A stretch of DNA of 63,680 nucleotides, the filler included, from Octopus bimaculoides (lineage: Eukaryota): the NCBI RefSeq assembly GCF_001194135.2. It is 6 parts of 6 records of this genome, joined end to end, with 100 filler letters (N's around TTAATTAATTAA, not from the genome) between each part and the next. Parts side by side here need not be neighbours in the genome. Positions count along the whole stretch, not along the records: positions 36,020 to 58,447 come from NC_068995.1; 5 more parts are not named here. One strand, given 5' to 3'. Below are positions 37,881 to 51,910 of this stretch, piece after piece; the first letter of the stretch is position 1; each line of letters opens with the position of its first letter. Under the pieces are notes generated by a model, which worked only from the letters and a program-made list of their open reading frames with translations, was not told the DNA's origin and did no database searches. The position numbers and the translations under genes are program-made.

Positions 37881-39562
37881 CATATATATACATATATAAA
37901 TATATACATATATATATGTGTATATCCGTCAAATGTAAATAATGTAAATAATGAACATAATTGCTCATCTTTTAAATATAGAACTGTATATGTGTTTGTG
38001 TGTATATGTATATATATATGTAAATATATGTGTGCCCGCGCGCGCGTGCGTAGCTGTGTGCATGCATGCGTGCGTGTATTCAGCGTGCGTGCGTTCAAAT
38101 TGTTTGGCAAACAATCAATCACAACACCTGTTACTGAGAGTGTATCTGACTTTTGGCTGAAATACTTTCCAAATATACATAAACTCCCGTTGAAGGCCTT
38201 CAATTGCATTCGGACGAAACTATGGAGATAATAACTTGGAGTGGTGGAGAAAGAACAACTGTTGTCCCTAAAGATATGAATTCCACTATTGATGTTTTGT
38301 TTCTGTTGTTTTATTTTTAGCTATAGGTCAAAACCCGATTGACCAGTATTATTTTAAGTTGGGTTCCAGCTGCGACTACACAGTCGAAATGTTTCTTTTT
38401 GAATCATGAGCCTTGGCTATGACTTGAGGAACGTTTGGTTACAACGGCTGCTAGATATTTCAGCCTCAGCTAGAATAATATGGAACTATCGCGTGAACAT
38501 CAAAGATATTAATACGAACCATTGAAATCCAATCTGTTAGCTTCCACGAACATCTGAAGACTTCATAATTCTTACAAAACGAGGAAGCAAAATCATTTAA
38601 AACGGTATGGATCTAAGGATAAATCTATCGATAGCAAAGTAATATTGGAGAAGAGAAGAAATGAATTAATAGGAACACAAGTGGACTACGGTAATACTTT
38701 CGGTAGAGTTACACCCCCCTGAATATAGAAGACATTCCCAAAGCAACAATTGTTCGTATTTGTAATATTATACTTTCAATATCATGGTGACCTAAGTAAG
38801 AAAATTTACACATGGATAGCAAGAGGTTAAGATATAAATTGTCTCAAGATAAATAAGGTAATTTATCGATTATCTGTTAATCTAGAAAAATTCATTGATC
38901 AAAAGGATATAGTATAAAAACGTCTTAACATATCTACAAATCTAAATTATATAAAATCATGTAAGTTATAGCTATGAAAACAATTAGGGTCGTGAATTGG
39001 TATGAACACGTATAAAAAACTGAAAAACAAAACATTGGTATATGTTTATTGAAAAGAAAAGAAATAGGACATCTAAGCACGATTACTTTCTTATGCTTCG
39101 TGAACTTTACATTCAAAATAGACTTACCAGCTGTTTCGATCAACAGCGTAAATAATTGAAAAAAACCCCACTGAACTGATGACCGTAAGATATTTCCTTT
39201 ACAAAACGTTATACATGCAAAGGACAAGAAATATAGTTTAGAGGAATTCCAATAATTTAAATACTTATAAGTAAATAAATAAAATAATAATAATAATAGG
39301 TGTATATATGTATGTATACATAGACATACACACACACAAACACGCACACACACACACACACAGACACATATATATGTATATCTATATATATAATACATGA
39401 ACGTATCCACACACACACACACACACACATCCATACACGTTCATGTATTTGCATTGTTAGTTTCTTGATGCGAAAAAGTGTGTTGGAACAGATATTGTAA
39501 TACTTGGGGATGGTCATTTCTTTTCTTTGTTTGCCAGTTAAACAATACACAATTCGATTTTC

Positions 39563-39621
39563 AGAGACTTTCGTCACACATTCTGTGACCTCATCAGTGA
39601 CACTCTATGTAATGTGTCTCC
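39563..39621 (-). ncRNA. Hammerhead ribozyme-like motif (type III layout), apparently lacking the cleavage triplet
   Basis: Minus strand: ggagacac-attacataga-gtgtca-CTGATGA-g-gtcaca-gaatg-tgtgac-GAAA-gtctct; perfect 6-bp stem II, plus gagac/gtctc and gacac/gtgtc complementarity. Confidence 0.62.
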
Positions 39622-39704
39622 TTTTGGCCTATTTAGTCTATTCTGTCCTTCTGTAGTATATATGGCACGGAAGTCTCTGCCAGACGTATAAACTAAAACG
39701 ACAG

Positions 39705-39756
<52 letters not shown>

Positions 39757-40102
39757 CACACATTAACGCGAGTATGAATACTAAAATATATGCATAAGCA
39801 AATCATTCATCATGTCACTGAGAATCCAGAAAAACGCTGGCATTCATGAAATATATCTTAGCCATTAAATAAAGAGATAGGAAATATGGAGGCCGGTGGG
39901 ACCATATTTTTTTCCCCGTTCTGCAAGCTAAAAAATTGCCCGTCAGTGATTTTGCTGCATACTGTCATGAACATTTCCTTCCAATATATATTTATATATT
40001 GATCGACTGAGACATTAAGAATTGAAACATCTTTATCAGCCATGAATTCTGATTCTCGTATCAATCTATTTATGTATATATGTATGCATGTATGTATGCT
40101 TG

Positions 40103-40103
40103 C

Positions 40104-40158
<55 letters not shown>
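40103..40158. repeat. (CTAT)n microsatellite; representative of many (AT)n, (AC)n, (AG)n and (ATAC)n arrays, most of them bordering gaps
   Basis: Direct reading. Confidence 0.95.
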
Positions 40159-40177
<19 letters not shown>

Positions 40178-40972
40178 TTCTCTGCTTACACACTTCTCTA
40201 ATAAGAGATAGATAGTTAAATAGATAGTCATATATAGATTCTTCATTAGAAGAAAATAAAACAGTCTAGACTTAAAGAATAGAAATAAAATATTCAAAAT
40301 GTGTTAACGAATATATAAGTAACTGTTAGAAATCTTCATAAAATAAATAAAATTACATAGGGATAGACTGAGTGTTCTATTAGAAAGAGGAAATGGACCC
40401 AGAAATATACTGTTAATTATAGTTTATTTTCCCATTATTCTTATAGTTTACATTATTCTTATATGTGTTATGATCGATGGTCGCATGATTTCCCTGATAA
40501 AGATTTCTTTTTTATTCTATTTCTACGTTCGAATAAAATCCATACACATTTTAGATATTTTATATTTTTGACGTTCTATCAAGACTTTCTATATATTTTT
40601 AAAGCAGCGCTAATGATATATAGTCGACATTTATTCGCTACAAATTCTATTTCGTATTGTATTGTCTTCAAATGAAGCAAATGGGAAATAGAATATAAAG
40701 AATAAAAAAAATCTGCCTACAATAAGCAAATAACAATGCAAAAACATTGATTCGCGAGGAAACATATCATCAGTATTGATGTTACACCCATTGAAATACA
40801 TACAGAATATAATACAGTTATTCATATAATCTCAACAACTATCATATATAGACATGTTCACGTATGTATACATTCTAATATATTTTGCAGGACGTATGTG
40901 GGGAAGAGGAGTAAGATACTGAATACATCTCGCCCAATCTACATACATACATGCATACATACATACATACAT

Positions 40973-41003
<31 letters not shown>

Positions 41004-41681
41004 TAAATGCACACATGCACACGTACATACATATACACACTTATAAACTTATAATATCCAATATACCTTTATATGCGAATATGTAATACATATAATATAT
41101 TATACATACAAATATTATATATATATCCATGCACACAAGCAAAATATGTGTACATGTGCGAATGTATGCATAATATCTATCTATCTATCTATCTATCTAT
41201 GTGTCTTTATATATATATANNNNNNNNNNNNNNNNNNNNNNNNNNNNNNNNNNNNNNNNNNNNNNNNNNNNNNNNNNNNNNNNNNNNNNNNNNNNNNNNN
41301 NNNNNNNNNNNNNNNNNNNNNNNNNNNNNNNNNNNNNNNNNNNNNNNNNNNNNNNNNNNNNNNNNNNNNNNNNNNNNNNNNNNNNNNNNNNNNNNNNNNN
41401 NNNNNNNNNNNNNNNNNNNNNNNNNNNNNNNNNNNNNNNNNNNNNNNNNNNNNNNNNNNNNNNNNNNNNNNNNNNNNNNNNNNNNNNNNNNNNNNNNNNN
41501 NNNNNNNNNNNNNNNNNNNNNNNNNNNNNNNNNNNNNNNNNNNNNNNNNNNNNNNNNNNNNNNNNNNNNNNNNNNNNNNNNNNNNNNNNNNNNNNNNNNN
41601 NNNNNNNNNNNNNNNNNNNNNNNNNNNNNNNNNNNNNNNNNNNNNNNNNNNNNNNNNNNNNNNNNNNNNNNNNNNNNNNNN

Positions 41682-41724
<43 letters not shown>

Positions 41725-42165
41725 CTCTATGCTCAACATAAACCCTTGTAGGCAGCGCCATCGCACGGTAGCTGTCCAATGAGTGAAACGAGCAGAAGAT
41801 AGAAAATAACTCTTTAAGATTGGCAAAATCTAAATAAAACTAAATAGCATAAGTTAAATATAACTCAGAAAATATTCTGCAAATATCAATAAAATTCTAT
41901 AAAGCTAATAATAATCGAAAAAATTGCTAACAAATTTTCTCAAAATAGAAAACAAGCTGTGAGCGAAAAAGCTTCTTTATGAAGTACAAGAGAAATATCC
42001 GATAGCGAAATTGTTTTCCAAGGTGCGTAGCGATGTGGTGTCCAAAAAATGTACAAATATTTTAAATAGTAGAATATATTTGATGCCGTTTAGGAATACG
42101 TGTCTAACGTCTCGGGCTAAAACATTTTGTCGAAGTAAAAAGACATTGAATATTAAATAGCTCGA

Positions 42166-42350
42166 AGGCGGCGAGCCTGCAGAATCGTTATGGCAGCGGA
42201 CAAAATGTTTCACCGTTTTTCATCGACGTTGCATTCTGAGTTCAAACGCCTCCAGGATCGAATTTCCCTTTCATCATTGTCGGGGGCGATAAAATAACAA
42301 GCAGTTGAGCACTGGGGTGCATGTAATCGACATGCCTCGTTCCACGAAGT
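42166..42350 (+). mobile_element. tRNA-derived SINE (ggcggcgag..gcagaatcgtta family)
   Basis: ggcggcgagcctgcagaatcgtta..ctgagttcaaa..ctttcatc..cgataaaat..agttgagcactgggg..atgtaatcgac; the same motifs appear inverted at 50545-51020. Confidence 0.78.
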
Positions 42351-43106
42351 AGCTGGCTCGATACAGAGTAAAGTGGGACAGGACTGTAGATATGTCCCAT
42401 GGTTTAGTTGGATGATCGAGTATTCCTTTTGAAGCAAATTCTTCAAGATAGGAAAACATTAGATTTATTCAGACTTTGATTTTAATAGATCTCTTTTTCT
42501 CTCTCCTCTCTCCATACAGACATATATACACACACGTGCACATTCATAAACACGCAAAGAATAGAAATATGAAATCCCTGAAATCTCTTGAAGTGTATGC
42601 CCCAGCATGGCCGCATTCTAATGTCTGGCGCAAGTAAAAGATAAAGGTGTCTCTTTGAGTGTCCGAGGTTGCGGTTGATAGGTTTTACTTATTGGTTTAG
42701 TATGGAGAATGGGTCTTTGTGAATGGCATTCGCAGACCTCCCCCCCACGAGACCAGACATTAGGAAAGTATATCCGACTTGTTACGTTGTCAATAATTAC
42801 ATGATGAGATTCATTGGTCAATATGTAAATGAAATGTCTGTGCAAGAACTATACATATAGATGACCAACCAGCATTCACGAACATCGCACATTGACAATC
42901 AATAAATGTGTACCGGTACACGCACATAAAGAAACACATGAACACACGAAAACTCGTACACACGTTTACACACGCAGATATATCTGTCATTGTATAAGTG
43001 TATCTTTCTTTACGTATCTATCTATATGACTGTCAGCCAGTCTGTCTCCGTGTCTATATGTCTGCCCCTCTCTCTGTCTCTCTCTGTCTCTCTCTGTCTC
43101 TCTCTG

Positions 43107-43142
<36 letters not shown>

Positions 43143-44061
43143 TCTCTANNNNNNNNNNNNNNNNNNNNNNNNNNNNNNNNNNNNNNNNNNNNNNNNNNNN
43201 NNNNNNNNNNNNNNNNNNNNNNNNNNNNNNNNNNNNNNNNNNNNNNNNNNNNNNNNNNNNNNNNNNNNNNNNNNNNNNNNNNNNNNNNNNNNNNNNNNNN
43301 NNNNNNNNNNNNNNNNNNNNNNNNNNNNNNNNNNNNNNNNNNNNNNNNNNNNNATATATATATATATATACGTATATATATATGTGTGTGTTTCTCTGTG
43401 TGTGCATATAAACATATATATACACATACATAGATATATGTGTGTGTGTGTGTGTGTGTGTGTATGTATACATGATCAGTATGTACTAATAATACTAATA
43501 ATGATATAAAGAAGGAGAAAAGAATAACAAGGATGATAAGGTACCACGACTAAGCCCCCGCCATGCACAGCCTACAGCTGCCTACGAGCTGAACACAAAT
43601 ACCCAATAGATTTCGTCAGACAGACATTTTGAGATTTATTCTATTACTTATTCCAAGCTGCGAAATAGCTTTTGGTATTGACACTGGCGAAATTGATGGC
43701 AATTCCACCTGTACAATGCAATATCTTTCTCCTGTTATTAATAAGTACAACACTTGAAAATTTAATTCATTGTCGTACGTCTGGCCGACACTCTGCAATA
43801 TTATTCAAAAACATACACACATACGCACACACAAGCGCATAGATATACATACATATATACGTACATACATATACACACACACACATATATTTGTAGCTAC
43901 AAAGAGATATCAAAGTAATATAGACATTTGCTTGACAGCATCTTATTTTGTTCTTCCTTACTACGATAACAAAAAATCTTACACATTGCCCAGGTGTAGA
44001 TGACCGTTAAAAAGTGAAGCAAAGAATTTTAAAAAGCTCAACACTAAGAATTCTGTCTCAT

Positions 44062-44096
<35 letters not shown>

Positions 44097-44606
44097 NNNN
44101 NNNNNNNNNNNNNNNNNNNNNNNNNNNNNNNNNNNNNNNNNNNNNNNNNNNNNNNNNNNNNNNNNNNNNNNNNNNNNNNNNNNNNNNNNNNNNNNNNNNN
44201 NNNNNNNNNNNNNNNNNNNNNNNNNNNGCTCTTCCGATCTGTATGTATGTATGTATATGTATATGTATCTGTATATATGCATGTATGTATGTATGTTAAA
44301 GTTTGCTGTTTACTAAAACTTCACAAACTCAAACTCTATGTTTCAATCATTATATATTGTCAAGTGACGGAGGAAGTAAATCAAATGATATATGTTATGT
44401 ATGTATGATTCAATTCGATCTAACGCCACCCTGAGCGATACATCATTTGCACAATGTTGAGACAATACCACCGGTATTGTCCAGACAACCGTAACAACAA
44501 ATTCAGAATTCATCCGATGTTTAGTCCCCCTTCCAAAATCCCTACCACCTACAGACCTCAGGTTCTGCTCCATTTAAGATTATTCCATTGCAAATGAAAG
44601 AAGAAA

Positions 44607-45471
44607 AACATCCAAACAATTTGAAATGATATTTTGATAAATTACTTCAAAGACCACGAAACAGGCTACATTTACCTGAATACTTGAATTGGCCATGATG
44701 CCAAAAAACATGATTTAAAAAGGACTTCACACATTTCATCTGTTCAATCTTCAGTTGTTTGCTTTGGGAGTAGTGCAATGAGAAATTACAATTTATGATG
44801 GCAATTCTTTTAAATGTGCTTAGAGCGCTTACAATACAAACTTTATGTTCACGATGCTGTCCGCTGGTCAACAGTATGTATGTTTTTATATGTATGTATC
44901 CCCATATATATATGCATGTGTGTTTTTATCTATATGTATGTGTGTATCAATCTATTTATCCCTCTATCTATCCTCAAATTTCTATGGTATCACAATTAAC
45001 CCACTTAGAAGAGGAAGATAATTATGAATAATGTATCTTTAGATACTCATTTAACCACTTCACACTTGATAGAGTATAGGCAATCGATGTCTTTTATTCC
45101 CTATATTCTACATTCAACTATCGTTTGATCTATCTAGCATCGGAGACCCTGCTAGAAGCTTACAATCTTCTAAAAGGAGGACTATCAATATGATATGTCT
45201 GAAAGGATTATGAACTAATAACATTAGATTATCCTCTCACTATCGGTTATACCTCAAATGGGCCCTGCTCCATTTAATATTATCCCAAAACAAATGAAAC
45301 AAGAACATCCAATCAACTTCAAATGATATCTTGACAAATTACTTCGAGGACTACCAAAGAACCCACTTTTATCTGGACACTTGAATGGAACATGATACCA
45401 AATAAAAAACAAAAAAAAAAAACTTAAAGATAACTTGACACATTTTATCTGTTCGTTCAATCTCCAGCTGT
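44607..45471. repeat. Diverged direct repeat of about 150-165 bp (44607-44758 and 45304-45471)
   Basis: aacatccaa..aaatgatat.ttga.aaattacttc..acttgaat..catgat.ccaaa..cacatt..atctgttc..aatct.cag.tgt occurs in both copies, about 697 bp apart. Confidence 0.8.
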
Positions 45472-46949
45472 ATAGTGTTCTTTAAACAGAAGTTGAAGTA
45501 GGGTTAAAAAATAACAATTTATGAATTACTTAAAACGTAAAGTTTGGTTTTAAATCAAGCGAAATGATGGCCGCAGATTATACAGAATATTACATAAAGT
45601 AATTTAAAATAAGATTAAAATAATAAAGCAATCCGGAGCCATTTTGTAAACTGAAAAAAATAGGAAATACTGAATAATGCGAACTATTAAACAGGAAGTA
45701 TCAAGAATATATGAAATAGGAAATAATACGAGGCTTCTGTGAATGCTGCTAGAAATATATTCAATTTAGAAAACTAACATGTAACACAAATATTTCCACA
45801 CTGCATATGAGATTAGAATCGAAAGTGGGGAAAAAAAGAAAGAAAATGTTCTGTGTTTAAGAAGGAAAGAGAGAATTGGCAACAAACTGAATTTCAACAA
45901 TTTTATTGAAATACAGTTTCAAAACCGTCTTTGCTTTTCGATACGAAATGGAGCGAAATCTTATGTATACACGAGTCCAGTGCACAGAGGATCATTGCTT
46001 TTACTGTAAACAAAAGGTTATTCAGAACCAGTGGCATGTTTGAATCAAAGTGAAAAGAAGAATGTCAAACAGTATACATTCATGAACTGCTTCAAAGTAA
46101 ATTTGACGATGCAATGAAACTTTCAATGATTAAGTCACGTCGTAGGAATAACTATAAAAGATTATCCAAATAACATGGCAAAACAGACTAGAAAAATGTG
46201 ACAAGAATCAAGTTTTAGAATGATTAAAAAAAAAAAAACGCAACATATACATATATATACATGTATATACGTATAGATNNNNNNNNNNAACAATTTCATA
46301 AAATATTGGAGGATATACAGGTATAAAACCTTCATTCATGCAATATGGAGTTTTCTTTATCTACATAAAACACCCATTTATCCCCCTCTATCTCTCTACA
46401 TCTCAATCTCACTACATACCTAATGCTGTATATCTATATATGTGCAACTACCTACATTCATTATATATACATACATGCATACATACACATGAATGCACAC
46501 ATACATACGTACGTACGTACATGCTTACGTAATCCATCCATCCATCCATTTACCCATCCATACATATATATACATGTATATACGTATAGATATATATACA
46601 GGCACATATATATCCATATATATTGTTGTGCCTATACATTCACACAATAATACTCACTTGCAAATCACCTTATATATGGTAGCTAGATAAAATGAAGATC
46701 GCTGGAAAAAAAAGTTTTCAGTAAACATTAAGTGACGGGGTGCCGTCACACTGCAGCAGCTATCGCTCTACATCATATCTGGTGCATAATATATGTAGCT
46801 GTAACATCACAGCTTCATTAACTGATATGCGGCTATATTGTAGTAGTGATATCGCCGAACAAAAGGAATATGCCACGATAGAATTGTATCACCATATAGA
46901 ATGAATAATTTGCAAAACTACAAATAATTTCCAATATAATAATGTAAGC

Positions 46950-46995
<46 letters not shown>

Positions 46996-48399
46996 GTATA
47001 TAGAATAGAATGTAAGGTTATTTGTCCCCTTTTCTTCTTTCTTTCTAGTCGCTATGAATATTAATGCATTATAGATATTCAATCACAAACAAACATTAGA
47101 GAACCTAACACCTCAACGATTGAATTATGTAATCACACACATATAATAGGCTCAAACATTTATGAAGATACATAGGTATACTCAGGCACACGTTTTAACA
47201 CACCTACGCAAACAAAATCACATGAATACATGCGAACGCACGCACACATAGATATATATGTATATATATAAATATACATATATATACACACATATACACA
47301 TAATATACAAAAATCTATATGATACATATATATATTCATGTGAATATATACTTGTATACAGGTGTATATAATGAAGAAAACAAAACTTAATAGAAAGTAA
47401 CAAAATACATGTAAATCTACGTAACGTGTTGGTGATAAATTTTTATATATTTTTTTTAGTATAATTTTCTCAGTTATTCTTTTTATGGATATAATTTAGT
47501 TCCGATGCTGAGTCTTTGTCAATATTGAATTATGCAAGATTGATTCAGTAACAAGTAAAGCATGACGTGGACCAAACAATAAAATATAGAAATCTTCATA
47601 CAAAATAAAATAAAAAAAGAATTAAACAAACAAAAAATGCATGTGGTGGATAAAAAAAGATATAAAATTAGGAATAAGAAAAGTTTTTGATATGTTGAAC
47701 TGACAATGCGTGTTCTGTGTGTTTGTATTAGCATTGATATTTCACGGCTGCGGTCGTAGATCCTTTGAAAGGCTGATGCGCGCTAAATCTGGTCATGCTT
47801 CACACGAACCTTTTCAAAGTTAAACCACTGGCAATATGCCAAAGTAAAAACATGCAGAAGCTAAATCACTATCACAAGCTCAGTGGAAGCAGCTGCAGCG
47901 ACCACAGTTACTACAACAACCACGACAACAAAACACTCAACAACAAAAGAAAAGCGTGTAATATATGAAAAGTTATCAACTGGCACACACAAATTCTTGA
48001 ACTCACTTTCTCTATTTTTCTCCTTCATACAAATACACACATACATATGCATGCATATATACATACCTCCCCCCATATATATATATATACATATAGATTC
48101 GTANNNNNNNNNNTATATATATTTACATATAAATGTACATATACATACATACATATATATATATATACATATAGATTCGTATTTAAGTATTATAATCGCA
48201 CGCATGAATGTGTACGTGTGTGCATCTGTTTGTACGTAGAGTGTGTATTTGTATGTATATATTCATGTTTGTGTGTGAGATTGTCCTGGGTGTTAGTTCC
48301 TGCCTGGTCATTTAGTGCCTTTAGTGGAGGTCAATCTTGAACAGGAATGTCTCTCTTCTTCCCATCAGCTCTAGAGACCCTGAAAAATATGTCATGGAC

Positions 48400-50270
48400 G
48401 CTGAACCCACGAATCGATACACGTCAAGAAACATGTGAAAATTTTGTGTAAAGGAAAATATAAACAATACTCAATGTGAAGTAATGTAATATTTTATGAA
48501 GATGACTCACTTCCGCAGTGCTTGTAACTTTTATGGACAACACCTTCATCTGATAAAGCTAAAACAAGACAACAATGGACAGTAGAAAAAGCACGAGAGT
48601 GTTCTAGAGGCTTATGATACTACAATCGAGTTTCCATCGTACAAACATGCTTAAACAGGAAGAAGACAATGCCTACCAATAGGCCATACATAGATAACAA
48701 TAAATTCGCTAAAGTTTTCAGGAATATCATTAAAACTATGCCATTGACTGACATGGATATCCAACAGATTCAAATATATGTTCAGATCAATAGTCATTTC
48801 CATGAGAATGCAAATAATGATGCCACATCTTCTTCAAATATAGAATAAAACCTGATACAAGAAATACCCAAACCGAGCTATTTCAGAAAAATAGTCACTG
48901 CCACTAAAGTAAATGTGATCGATACAATCGAAGTGGAAACACAGATACGGAATTTGAAAATATGACGACTAAAATTCTATTAGAGTGGTCAAACCGGCCA
49001 AACCGGAAAATCGCAGTGGTCTTCAAAAGATTCGAAATTCAAAATGAAATCTTAGAATAATAGGTAAAGTAAATGCAATTATAATATCTATCTGGAATAA
49101 AAATGAAGTAAATCTTACCTCACTGAATAATGTATGTTACGGTTTCAGTAACCAATACGTTGTGTAGTATTCAAGTAAAGAGAATGTCTCAACATATAAA
49201 CAAGAAACCAACATGATAAGAGAGAATTAGAAATAAAATTAATGTACTTAGGTCTGATATTCAAATATTCAAGAATATCAAAAGCACAGAAGATGTTAAT
49301 GAACCAAAAGCTAAGAAGGTGAAAAGTAAATATGGCAGAGAAAGGAGAAGTGAAATCGATAAAGTAATCGTAAGACTCAAGTAAATGATCTCGCCTAACG
49401 CTGCAAATATATCGATGTTCGGCAAAAACTAAAAACTCCTATTGCAAAATTGTGAAAACTAATCTAACTTAAAACCACATCCAGCGTGTGGGGAGTGCAA
49501 ACACTTTGGAAATCAATCTGTTCGAATACCAAATAACACAAACATACTGAATACCCTAGAATGGTTCGCAGTTCTGGTTTTGATAGAAATATGATTTAAC
49601 AGTGACTCTCTGCACCTGGACTTAAATCTGAGATATAGGGCTTCAATAACGCAGCTCAGGATCAGTGCTTCTAAAAGAAATTACGAAGCCAACATTCTTA
49701 CAACTTGCGTTGATCTTTCTAGTCGCATTTGTAAAACCAGAGAAAGGATTGACCACCCTAGCCCGGGTTGCTATACGCTAGCTTCAACTGAATATACCAA
49801 TAACCGTGATAGTCTTGGTTAATATTTGCATTGGACTACATAGGGCAGGTATGACCGTCCATATGAGAAGAACAGGAGGAAATATATTGCCTGACCAAGT
49901 AGTCGAAAATAAAGACGACACCGGTTTTCGTGTATTTAGCATTGAAAGCGATCGAGCTATTTAGACCACAGGACAATGCGAAAAAAAAATCAGTGAGATA
50001 ATATATTAACTCAAAGTAATATCAATAACAACGGGTTGCAACACTTCCGAGAAAATGTTTTAAAAGTAAATAAAAGGACTCTGTAATAGATGTATCTGAA
50101 ATGAAGCATTTAAGAACAACATTTGTAGATGTAGCCATCGGAACTGTAGGGAATATATCAAATGGCTCACTTATGAATAAATATCAGAAAACAGAAATGC
50201 ATTAGAATCACAAAAAGATTGTTGTCATTTGAATAGCGCAGATCCTAAGGAAAGCAATGTGAACTTGAGA
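48400..50270 (+). mobile_element. Old, heavily degraded R4-like LINE
   Basis: Residual translations GLKSE..GF..AAQDQ, RICKTRERIDH..GC..LASTEY, YLHW, PDQVVENKD and AQILRKA are collinear with the motifs of the 830-2182 copy. The 5' boundary is approximate. Confidence 0.7.
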
Positions 50271-50544
50271 ATATACGAATCTTTCAAATATTTTAAAATC
50301 ACGAATATTACAACCTTTTTAAGCAAATTTTCACACTGAGTATCTTTCTCCTTCCCAGAAATAAATCGTTGCTAGTTATTAAACACAACCACACTAAGAC
50401 ATCTAAGTTGCTGTTTCTTGATGCATCGGGGTGGGGTGGGGGGGTGATCCGTATAAAAAAAGAACAACAACGAAATCATAACGATAGTAAAGGCAATGGT
50501 TTTAAGCGAGGTAATAATAATAATTACAATATTAATAATCCTCT

Positions 50545-51115
50545 CTAATGGAAGCACAAGGCCCCAAATTTGAGATAGAAGGATTAAGACGATTACACCG
50601 ACCCGGGTGCGTAACTGGTGCTTATTTAATCGACCCTGAAAAGCAAAGTCGATCTCGGCGGAATTTTAACTCAGGACATGGCGTTGAGCATCTCGTCCAG
50701 CGTCCTAACGATTCTGGGAACTCGCCGCACACAATTACAATATTAATAATAGTTATTTATAATAGTTGTCATAATTATAATGGTAATAATAATAGTGATA
50801 AAATTGGTTTCAAAGTTTGGTAGAAGGCTTTAAATATTCTTGTGGAGGAGGGAATTAGTCGATTACATGGACACAATACTGAACTAGCTCTTATTTTATT
50901 CCCCCCGAAAGGATGAGAAGCAAAGTCAATCCCAGTGGAATTTGAACTCAGAACGTAAAAAACGGACGAAATTCTGTAAGCAACTTGCCCGGAGTTCAAA
51001 CGATTCTGCCAGCTCCACCGCCTTAAACAGTGATAATATAAATATCAATTATGATTATAATAGTTTCAAATTTTGGCACAAAGCCAGCATTTCAAGTTGG
51101 AAGGATCGATTACAT
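50545..51115 (-). mobile_element. Cluster of two near-complete and one partial copy of the same SINE family, separated by decayed (TAA)n
   Basis: Copies at about 50545-50730, 50820-51020 and 51060-51115, with aataat-rich spacers. Confidence 0.75.
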
Positions 51116-51340
51116 TCCTCACGTCTTACAAGTATATTATTTGACAATCACGTCTCCTTCATATACACACGATTTTCTACTTCTGGTTTACCTCACCTTC
51201 ATTAAATATTTCACGTTTTAAGAACGCAATAAACCTCAATACTCCATTGTGACTATCTCTTTAACGGTTACACTATCATTTTCTCACCCATCAAATACGT
51301 ATTTTCATTTACCAATGCGTATGCATATATAATTATACAA

Positions 51341-51382
<42 letters not shown>

Positions 51383-51860
51383 CATAATATGTATGTACGT
51401 ATGTATGTATTGCGGAGTAGTAACGCTAAGGAGTGATGTATATGAATAGAAGGTTATTACCAGTACAAATATGTTTGGGGCATATTCGTACCCGTAAGGA
51501 AACCATTCACTCTGTTTTGTCATGGAGAAAATTTCTAGCTGTAGGCACCATTTAACTACAGCGAGAAATATTCTCTTTGTGTGTATATACATTTGCATAT
51601 ATATNNNNNNNNNNNNNNNNNNNNNNNNNNNNNNNNNNNNNNNNNNNNNNNNNNNNNNNNNNNNNNNNNNNNNNNNNNNNNNNNNNNNNNNNNNNNNNNN
51701 NNNNNNNNNNNNNNNNNNNNNNNNNNNNNNNNNNNNNNNNNNNNNNNNNNNNNNNNNNNNNNNNNNNNNNNNNNNNNNNNNNNNNNNNNNNNNNNNNNNN
51801 NNNNNNNNNNNNNNNNNNNNNNNNNNNNNNNNNNNNNNNNNNNNNNNNNNNNNNNNNNNN

Positions 51861-51910
<50 letters not shown>

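Noticed and set aside
39128-39196. Possible 69-bp minus-strand exon (AG..CTG|GTAAGT)
   Set aside because: No recognisable protein similarity, and no partner exons found.
46732-46749. Perfect 7-bp hairpin GTGACGG-ggtg-CCGTCAC
   Set aside because: No Helitron CTRR end or other context; compatible with chance.
48060-48190. Duplicated tatatacatatagattcgta on both sides of a 10-N gap
   Set aside because: Typical unmerged contig overlap (assembly artefact).
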